Below, piece by piece: positions 8,752-15,928 of a stretch of 64,000 bases of DNA. The notes under the pieces were generated by a model. The model had not been told where the DNA came from, searched no databases, and worked only from the letters and a program-made list of their open reading frames with translations. Position 1 is the first letter of the stretch, and each line of letters opens with the position of its first letter. Source of the DNA: an archaeon (GTDB taxonomy: Archaea; SpSt-1190; DYHY01); NCBI GenBank assembly GCA_043803745.1, contig JAZDJS010000002.1:1-64000 (forward strand), given 5' to 3'. The translations under genes were made by a program, and so were the position numbers.

Positions 8752-9308
8752 GGAACGCACGGGCGGAGGCTTTCAACAGAAAGGCGGCAAGCAAGAAAAG
8801 CAGGCCTGACGAAATAATAGGTTCGCTTGGGCTGAAGCGAGGACAGCGGGTGGCTGACATTGGCGCCGGAGGGGGCTACTTTTCACTAAGGTTCGCGGAA
8901 ATTGTCGGGGCGAAGGGAAGGGTTTACGCGGTCGATACGAACGGCGATTTTCTGGAGTTCATAAGGGACGCCGCCGGGGAAAAAGGCATTGGGAACCTGG
9001 AGACTGTTCTTGCAGAAGGCTCCGAACCTCGCCTGCCGAAAAGAGGCCTTGACCTAATCTTCCTCCGGAATGTGACCCACCACATAAAAAACAGGGAAGA
9101 ATATTTCAGGGGATTCAGGCGGTTCCTCAAGCCCGGCGGAAAGGTGGCCATAATCGAATACGGCGCCGGGATTTCCCTCACTTTCCACGGACTGTTCGGC
9201 CACAAGGTCCCGAAAGAAACAATCAGGAGAGAAATGCGGGCTGCTGGATACTCCCTGGAAAACGACCTGAACTTTCTGTCCGGGCAGCACTTTACAATCT
9301 GGAGATAG
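8748..9308 (+). CDS. Class I SAM-dependent methyltransferase
   Basis: VADIGAGGGYF, VYAVD and LKPGGKVAIIE motifs. The ATG at 8748 forms an ATGA overlap. Confidence 0.88.
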   Translation: MRNARAEAFNRKAASKKSRPDEIIGSLGLKRGQRVADIGAGGGYFSLRFAEIVGAKGRVYAVDTNGDFLEFIRDAAGEKGIGNLETVLAEGSEPRLPKRGLDLIFLRNVTHHIKNREEYFRGFRRFLKPGGKVAIIEYGAGISLTFHGLFGHKVPKETIRREMRAAGYSLENDLNFLSGQHFTIWR

Positions 9309-9311
9309 GAA

Positions 9312-10190
9312 ATGATAATTGCAGTGACTGGCGGCAAGGGCGGGACCGGCAAGTCATTGGTCGCCACCTCGCTCGCGGTCGAGTTCGCCGGGAGGGGGCA
9401 GACGCTCCTGGTGGATGCCGATGCGGAATGCCCCAACGATCACCTCCTTCTCTCCGTCAGGCTGAAAAGGCACAGCACAGTTTTCCAGATGATTCCCAAG
9501 TGGAACCTCTCCAAATGCACGAAATGCGGGAAATGCGCCCCGGTCTGCAAGCAGGGCTCGATAGTGTTCGTCAGGGACCGCTATCCGGCTTTCGTCAGGG
9601 ACACCTGCATAGGGTGCGGCGCCTGCATTGAGGCCTGCCCCGAGGGCGCGATATCCAGGACCCGGAAGGAGATCGGCAGGATAAGGGTCGGGAAGAATTA
9701 CAAAGTCAACCTTATTTCCTCCGAGCTCAAGCTGGGGGAGCTCTCCTCAGGGGAGGTTGTTGCCGAGGTGAGGAAAGGGGCAGAAGCCTTCGCGCGCAGG
9801 CTCCGGGCCGGAACGGTCCTGATAGATTCGTCTGCCGGAATAGGCTGCCCGGTAATAGCATCCCTTGTCGGGACCGACTATGTCCTTGCGGTTACGGAAC
9901 CAACCCCCTCCGCCCTCCATGACCTGAAGCGGGTCCTCTACCTTGCGGAGCATTTCAAGATTAAGCGGGGCATTGTGATAAACAAGTTCGATCTTGACGG
10001 AGGTTTCTGCTCCGAAATAGAGAGGTTCGCGGGGAAAGCGGGAATCCAAATAGTTGGAAGGATTCCGTATAGCAGGGATTTCTTGGAATCAACCCTCAAG
10101 ATGGTGCCGGTAACAGTGATAAACAATAAATATTCCCGGAGTTTCTCCAGGATTGCCGACAGGATAATCTCGGAAGTGAAGGGAAAATGA
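9312..10190 (+). CDS. MinD/ParA-type P-loop ATPase with an inserted 2x[4Fe-4S] ferredoxin domain
   Basis: GGKGGTGKS, DADAECPNDH, CTKCGKCAPVC, CIGCGACIEACP, GIGCPVIASL and VTEPTPSALHD. Confidence 0.92.
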   Translation: MIIAVTGGKGGTGKSLVATSLAVEFAGRGQTLLVDADAECPNDHLLLSVRLKRHSTVFQMIPKWNLSKCTKCGKCAPVCKQGSIVFVRDRYPAFVRDTCIGCGACIEACPEGAISRTRKEIGRIRVGKNYKVNLISSELKLGELSSGEVVAEVRKGAEAFARRLRAGTVLIDSSAGIGCPVIASLVGTDYVLAVTEPTPSALHDLKRVLYLAEHFKIKRGIVINKFDLDGGFCSEIERFAGKAGIQIVGRIPYSRDFLESTLKMVPVTVINNKYSRSFSRIADRIISEVKGK

Positions 10191-11284
10191 ACCGCAAAAA
10201 ACATCCGTTTCTGGCTTTTCTTCTGCTAATCTTTTTGCTGGGAGGTTTTTCCCCAGTTGCTCCAGCTGCCGCTTCCGAAGCCAGCCATTGCGTCTATTTT
10301 TTCTACGGGACCGGCTGCCAGCACTGCGCAGCCGCGGAGCCTGCAATTAACGCCCTTGAGAACCAGAGGGATTTTCCGGTAAAAGTCGTAAGGCTGGAAG
10401 TCTATTCGAACAGGTCGAACCTTGCCCTCCTTAATGGATATTTCGAGAGGTTCAACGTTTCCGAGGGAGAGCGGGGGGTTCCGGCGGTTTTCTCTTCGAA
10501 CGGCTACCTTGTGGGGGACCGACCGATAATCGAGGGGGTTGCCGAGCTTGCGAGGGGCTCCGGGCCCTGCTCGAACCTCAATCCCGGCGAGGCCAGGATG
10601 CTTGGTCCGCTCCCGCTCCTGACCGTGATTGGCGCCGCCCTTGTCGACTCGATAAATCCCTGCGCAATCGCAGTCCTCCTGATCCTTCTCGGCGCGCTCC
10701 TTGCGACCGGTGGGAAGAAACGGGCCCTTTTCTCCGGACTCGCATTCACGCTGTCGATATACATTGCCTATTTCCTCTTCGGCCTCGGTCTCTTCTCCGC
10801 AATCAAGGTTTCCGGGCTTTCTTTCTGGTTCTACAAGGGGATAGGGTTCCTGGCGATCCTAATAGGCCTCGCCAACCTGAAGGACTTTTTCTGGTATGGC
10901 GGGGGCGGTTTCGTAATGGAGATACCGAGGAGCTGGAGGCCTGCCCTGAAGAGGATGCTCTCCGGGGTGACTTCCCCCTTCGGCGCCTTCCTGATGGGTT
11001 TCGTCGTCTGCCTTTTCGAGCTCCCCTGCACTGGCGGGCCCTACATCTTCATACTCGGGCTTCTTGCGGAGAAGGCGACCTTCGTCTCAACCCTCCCGGT
11101 TCTTGCAATATACAACATCTTTTTCGTCCTGCCGCTGCTCCTGATAACCTTCGGGATATACCTTGGATTCTCCCAAGTCGAGACAGCGACCGAGTGGAAG
11201 GAAAGGAACCTCCGGACGCTCCATCTGGTCGCCGGCGTTGTGATGCTGGCTCTCGGGCTCGGGGTTGTTTTCGGTTTCATCTAA
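10187..11284 (+). CDS. Thioredoxin/glutaredoxin-domain + CcdA/DsbD-like membrane electron transporter
   Basis: Signal peptide, FFYGTGCQHC, and a TM domain with DSINPCA and FELPCTGGPY. Confidence 0.88.
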   Translation: MNRKKHPFLAFLLLIFLLGGFSPVAPAAASEASHCVYFFYGTGCQHCAAAEPAINALENQRDFPVKVVRLEVYSNRSNLALLNGYFERFNVSEGERGVPAVFSSNGYLVGDRPIIEGVAELARGSGPCSNLNPGEARMLGPLPLLTVIGAALVDSINPCAIAVLLILLGALLATGGKKRALFSGLAFTLSIYIAYFLFGLGLFSAIKVSGLSFWFYKGIGFLAILIGLANLKDFFWYGGGGFVMEIPRSWRPALKRMLSGVTSPFGAFLMGFVVCLFELPCTGGPYIFILGLLAEKATFVSTLPVLAIYNIFFVLPLLLITFGIYLGFSQVETATEWKERNLRTLHLVAGVVMLALGLGVVFGFI

Positions 11285-11293
11285 GGGAGGCGC

Positions 11294-12049
11294 TCATTCA
11301 AAAAGCACCAGCGCGTACATGAGGGAAATTCCCAAAAGGAAAGTCGCAAGCTGGACCGCGGATTTCTTCCAGGAGACTTCCTTGTGAAGCTCGGGGATCA
11401 GGTCGCTTCCCGCGATGTAAACGAACCCTCCTGCCGCGAACGGCAGCAGAAAAAGGCTCAAGTGCGGGACGTATGCGTCAAGGACAAGGGCAACAACCGT
11501 CCCGAAAACGGCCGTCAGCGCGACGGCAAAGTTCATCGCAACTGCCTTGGAAACCGAAAAGCCGCCGTGCACCAGAACTCCGAAATCCCCGATTTCCTGC
11601 GGTATCTCGTGGAAGACCACGGCAAGGGTTGTCGCAATCCCGACCGGAACGCTCACAATGTAGCTTGCCCCGATTATCAGGCCGTCGATGAAATTGTGAA
11701 CCGAATCCCCGACAAGGTTCATGTAGGCGAATGGATGGGGATGCTCCTTCGTCGTTTCGTGGTGGCAGTGACGCCAGTGTATGAATTTCTCGACAACGAA
11801 AAAGAAGAGTATCCCCGAGAGGACAGAGAAGGAGACGAAGAGCCCAAAACCCCCCTCTTCGGCAGCTTCGGGGAGGAGGTGTATGAACGCGTCGCCGAAA
11901 AGGGCTCCGGCAGAGAAGCTAACCAAAAAGAGGACAATCTTCTTTAGTAGGTCCTTCTGTAGCGCTGCCGCAGCAAGCCCGATTAGCGAGATCAAGCTGA
12001 CGACAATAACGCTTCCAATCGAACAAGCCCATATCTGAGCTGAAACCAT
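11294..12049 (-). CDS. ZIP-family zinc/metal transporter
   Basis: FIHLLPEA, a His-rich loop, HNFIDG and HEIPQEIGDF. Confidence 0.95.
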   Translation of the reverse strand: MVSAQIWACSIGSVIVVSLISLIGLAAAALQKDLLKKIVLFLVSFSAGALFGDAFIHLLPEAAEEGGFGLFVSFSVLSGILFFFVVEKFIHWRHCHHETTKEHPHPFAYMNLVGDSVHNFIDGLIIGASYIVSVPVGIATTLAVVFHEIPQEIGDFGVLVHGGFSVSKAVAMNFAVALTAVFGTVVALVLDAYVPHLSLFLLPFAAGGFVYIAGSDLIPELHKEVSWKKSAVQLATFLLGISLMYALVLFE

Positions 12050-12081
12050 TCTTTCCCTTCGCGGGGGAATATTTAAAAAGA

Positions 12082-12104
12082 TTATTGATTTTCATTATCA
12101 ATAA
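12082..12104. promoter_or_regulatory. Fur/Zur-box-like inverted repeat TTATTGAT-N7-ATCAATAA between the divergent ZIP and Fur genes
   Basis: Perfect 8-bp arms. The core GATTTTCATTATC resembles the classical Fur box GATAATCATTATC. Confidence 0.7.
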
Positions 12105-12105
12105 G

Positions 12106-12507
12106 ATGAAATCCAGAAAAACGCGGCAAAAGGCGACGATTGAGGGTGAGATCGCGACTTTCCAGAAAATCTTCTCGGCCGAGGACCTTTACAAAAGAGT
12201 CGCGCAGAGAGACGGAAAAATCGGGGTTGCGACGATCTATCGCTCCCTGAAGGACCTTGTCCTCAAGGGGAAGCTCCACTCATATACCTGCGACAGAAAG
12301 GCGGTTTATTCCCTGACTGAACGGGTTCATTGCCATTTCACCTGCAAAATATGCAAGAAAGCAGGCCACCTGAAACTGAGAAACATCAATTTCCTCGAGA
12401 ACGAGCTGAAGATGGGAATCTGCCATTTGCAGATAGATGTCACCGGAATCTGCGAAACCTGCCAAAAAAGCACGAATTTCACGAATGATCTCCTTTCGCT
12501 TGGTTAG
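12106..12507 (+). CDS. Fur-family metalloregulator (probable Zur-like)
   Basis: RKTRQK, SAEDLY, IGVATIYRSL, HCHFTCKIC and GICETC. Divergent from the ZIP transporter. Confidence 0.9.
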   Translation: MKSRKTRQKATIEGEIATFQKIFSAEDLYKRVAQRDGKIGVATIYRSLKDLVLKGKLHSYTCDRKAVYSLTERVHCHFTCKICKKAGHLKLRNINFLENELKMGICHLQIDVTGICETCQKSTNFTNDLLSLG

Positions 12508-12633
12508 TTGCGGCGCCAGCGAACCCCAGAATATCCGATTGAGTTTGGATCTTCCATTCCGTCCTTCCGCAAGGAGACTCTCTTGAAAACGCTCATCATA
12601 TCTGCTTTCCAAGGCATTTCCCGCCGTTCTTTG

Positions 12634-12716
12634 GTTGAGCAAGCGAATGCCGACGTATGTACGGAGAATATACAGCAGTATACCGCGACCGGTGAAAAAA
12701 CCTGCTTGGCAAAGTT
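12634..12716. repeat. Dispersed intergenic repeat copy
   Basis: acggagaatata...accggtgaaaaaacctgcttggcaaagt matches 832-886. Confidence 0.85.
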
Positions 12717-12815
12717 TCCGCCGGATGCAGTTTCATATATTTTTGGGCTCTTGCTTGTATCAGGGAAGCTCCTACTAAGTCTCCCACAAAAGCAGGCAAA
12801 TATGATAAAGCAAGT

Positions 12816-14657
12816 TCACACCGGATGGGTTGCGGGCTCTGCCAGGTCTGATTGTCGCTCCGCCTTCACCCTTTCCGTGACTTCGCGGACGTTCTCAGCC
12901 GCCCTTGCACGGACCTCTTTGTAGGGAAGCCCCGTCAGCAGCTCAACAACTTCCGGCACGGCCCTGACGCCGGCAACGACGAACCTGCCGCTCTCGCAGC
13001 CATTAATGACCTCGTCAGGAAGCCTGAGATGCTCCAGGTTTCCGTACGGGATTGCCGCAATGCGCGGTTCCTTCCGGCGTCCCTTTCCGGTTTTCCTCCA
13101 CCACCCGTCAACCTTCTCGTTGACTCCGCCGATAATGCCGATTGTCCCGTCAACGTTGACCTCGCCCGTGACAGCAATTGGCTGAACTGGCAGGCCGGCA
13201 AGCTCGCACTCCCAGAGCGCTGCCATCAATGCCGAGGAGCTAGGCCCCCTCAGGCTGTCCGGCCCGTGATGGCTTGCTTCAAGCAGAAAATACTCTATCC
13301 CCTCGCCATACTGATGTTTCAGATACATGAGGGCGTCCTCGCCGGATTTCCTCAGAGCGCTGTCCTCATACGGCTCCGCGTTCCATTCGGTGGTCACGCG
13401 TATCCCTCCGGCCTTGGAAGGCAGGGTCAGGACATCCATTTCTCCGGCGCCCCCGACATTTATTTCGCCGTCATCCGACCGCATGACATACATGTAGATT
13501 CCCTTGCCCCGGGCGGGACAGGTCCTCCTGGCAGGCTTCTCTCTCAGGAGCTTTAGGAAACTGTCCAAGCGCCCGTCAATGACGCCCGAGATATCCGGCT
13601 TGCCTATTTCATCCCGCTCATCCTTCTTGGCTTTCGCAGCTGCCAGGCGCACCAAGCTCTCATATAGCAGCAGCTCCGTTGCAATATGCCCTTCCGCGTC
13701 CCGCTTAATCCTGTCAACGAAGAATGCGCCCGCTTCGGGAGTTGCCTGCATTCCGGCAATTTGCTCCATCCACCTGTGGATTGCGCGCCTTTCCCCTTTC
13801 TCATCGGGGACAAGCCCGCTCAACGCAGATATCTGGTATTTGGTATCCTTCGGAAAGCTGAAGAGGGGGCTCTCGCCCCCGTAATAGACAACAACCATCC
13901 TGAACTCGACCGGAACTTTGATATTCGCGCCATCCACAACATCAGTGTAATACCTTTTTGAGAAAGCCTTTCCTATTTCAGTAAAGTCCCAAGTGTATAG
14001 ATTGTCCGTCCCGTTGACCAGAAGGATTCCGTTGTGGGGAAGAAGATGGAATACTGGAGGAAGCACCTTTTCCCGTTTCTCATTAACGGGATGGGTCAGG
14101 CTGAATCCTCCCGGGCTCACCCCGCGGCCCGGGTCATATTCAACAACCCGCGGGCAGGTGTCGTCCTTGTAGACAATGAGGTTTGCGTCCGAACAGCCCG
14201 GGGTTGTCCAGAGAGAAATGAATTCCTCAATAAGGTTCTCTTCCTTGCGGAAGTCTTCATAAGGAGCAAGGTCGGGCAGCACCCCGGCCTTCACTTTCGC
14301 AACATCAGCCTCAAGCCGTTCGGCAATCTTCGGGCTTATTGGCACAGCGTCGTAAAATTCCTTATCGGATTTGCCATAAACAAGCGCGGCATGGGCATAG
14401 GGGCGCTCTCCTTCCTTCTCTACGCGGGCCTTGAGAAAATCCATTACAACATGATACGCCTCTTTCTGTTCAAGGCCGAGGCATATTATCGGGACCGCCT
14501 GCCCATCAAGACCCGCTTCAATGCTTTCCAGAATCGGGCCCATGCCGGGATATGCGGGTCCCTTTCCAACAGGTGAGAACTCGGACGGCTTTGTAAGGTT
14601 CTTCCTCATCCTAGCTGAGGATATGGCATACTTGCCGACCGGGTCGAAATCAGGCAT
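12816..14657 (-). CDS. LonC-like S16 protease with a degenerate AAA+ module
   Basis: Catalytic-Ser region GPSSSA and Lys region AVTGEVNVDGTIGIIGGVNEKV, plus IPYGNLEHLRL. No recognisable Walker A motif. Confidence 0.8.
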   Translation of the reverse strand: MPDFDPVGKYAISSARMRKNLTKPSEFSPVGKGPAYPGMGPILESIEAGLDGQAVPIICLGLEQKEAYHVVMDFLKARVEKEGERPYAHAALVYGKSDKEFYDAVPISPKIAERLEADVAKVKAGVLPDLAPYEDFRKEENLIEEFISLWTTPGCSDANLIVYKDDTCPRVVEYDPGRGVSPGGFSLTHPVNEKREKVLPPVFHLLPHNGILLVNGTDNLYTWDFTEIGKAFSKRYYTDVVDGANIKVPVEFRMVVVYYGGESPLFSFPKDTKYQISALSGLVPDEKGERRAIHRWMEQIAGMQATPEAGAFFVDRIKRDAEGHIATELLLYESLVRLAAAKAKKDERDEIGKPDISGVIDGRLDSFLKLLREKPARRTCPARGKGIYMYVMRSDDGEINVGGAGEMDVLTLPSKAGGIRVTTEWNAEPYEDSALRKSGEDALMYLKHQYGEGIEYFLLEASHHGPDSLRGPSSSALMAALWECELAGLPVQPIAVTGEVNVDGTIGIIGGVNEKVDGWWRKTGKGRRKEPRIAAIPYGNLEHLRLPDEVINGCESGRFVVAGVRAVPEVVELLTGLPYKEVRARAAENVREVTERVKAERQSDLAEPATHPV

Positions 14658-14906
14658 ACCTTGAAATTATAGTAGTGACTACTTTATAATAGCTTCTAAG
14701 TTCGAATCAGGCTGCGTTGAAGACAGCGACGCCCCCGCAGGCGTCCTGACAAATTCATCCCATATACGCGAGTGCCGAATCCAGAGAACAGGCCCCTGCT
14801 GAAGGTTTTCAGCGAAGGCTACTACACCCTGCTTGAGACGCCCGCTGCCGGGCAACCGCCCCGCGAGCCCTAAACTGATTTAAACCGCTCTCCTTCAGCA
14901 AACGGG

Positions 14907-15878
14907 ATGTTTCCCGTTTACTTCGAGGTCTTGCTGCTCTTCGTATTCGTGGCAATCTCCGCATTTTTCGCCGCGGGAGAAGTCGCGTTTCTTTCCATTT
15001 CTCCGGTGAGGCTCCACCTCATCTCCGAGAACGGGACTCCCGGTTCGGAAAGCCTCTCCCGTCTCCGGGCGAACCGGAGGAAGGTCGTTATTTCCCTCCT
15101 GATAGGCGGAAATGTCGCGAATGTTGCGGCGTCCGCCCTTGCGACAAGCGCAGCTATGAAGCTTTTCGGAGATGCCGGGATAGGGGTTGCGGTCGGGCTG
15201 ATGAGCTTCATTCTCCTGACCTTCGGCGACATTGCCCCGAAGAGCGCCGCGACCTCCTACGGGGAAAAAATAGCTCTTTCGTTCGCCCCATTCATCGAGA
15301 TTTTCTACAAGGTTTCCTATCCGCTCGTAACGATTTTCGAGGCGATAAATCGCCTGATTCCCTGGACATATTCCACAGCAACCGGGATAGAGAAGTTTGG
15401 CGAGGAGGATGTTCTTTCCGCAGTGAAGCTCGGGGCGAAGCACAAAGGGATATCCGAGAAGGAGCTCAGGCTGATTGAGAACGTCCTGAAATTCAACGAC
15501 AAGCCGGTTTCGGTCGCGATGACCCCCAAGTCGAAGCTGGTCTGCCTTCTTTCTGAATTGCCCGTTTCCAAGGCCCACCACAGGGCGGTTTCCGGCAAGT
15601 ATTCCCGGCTTCCCGTAATCAACAGGCAGAACAAGATAGTCGGGATTGTTTCAGTCAAGCATTTGGGAAGGGTTGTCTATGAAATCCCCGGGAAAACCGT
15701 AGGGGAAGTCTGCTACACCCCGACGATATTCAAGGCAACCGAAAAGCTCCACACCGCGTTCGAGAAACTCCAGTCAGCCGGGATGAGCATCGCCCTTGTT
15801 GCGGACCCGCACGGGGAATTCGCCGGAATGGTCACCTTGGAAGATATTCTTGAGGAGATTGTCGGGGAGCTTGAATAA
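14907..15878 (+). CDS. CNNM/CorB (DUF21 + CBS pair) hemolysin-family metal transporter
   Basis: SAFFAAGEVAF, LIGGNVAN, FGDIAPKS, YSRLPV and GMVTLEDILEEIVGEL. Confidence 0.92.
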   Translation: MFPVYFEVLLLFVFVAISAFFAAGEVAFLSISPVRLHLISENGTPGSESLSRLRANRRKVVISLLIGGNVANVAASALATSAAMKLFGDAGIGVAVGLMSFILLTFGDIAPKSAATSYGEKIALSFAPFIEIFYKVSYPLVTIFEAINRLIPWTYSTATGIEKFGEEDVLSAVKLGAKHKGISEKELRLIENVLKFNDKPVSVAMTPKSKLVCLLSELPVSKAHHRAVSGKYSRLPVINRQNKIVGIVSVKHLGRVVYEIPGKTVGEVCYTPTIFKATEKLHTAFEKLQSAGMSIALVADPHGEFAGMVTLEDILEEIVGELE

Positions 15879-15928
15879 ATTCAATCTTCGGGAAGGTTTC
15901 AAAAGGCAAAAACTTTCTTGCGTTCTCA

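Noticed and set aside
12508-12924. 138-aa plus-strand ORF and other short ORFs across 12508-12815
   Set aside because: They overlap a repeat copy and the end of the Lon-like gene, use weak starts and show no motif, so they are probably non-coding or decayed sequence.
14660-14900. Intergenic region as an ncRNA or tRNA; imperfect palindrome at 14667-14690
   Set aside because: No cloverleaf or recognisable RNA motif was found. One frame looks like a short protein remnant, and the palindrome is too imperfect to call.
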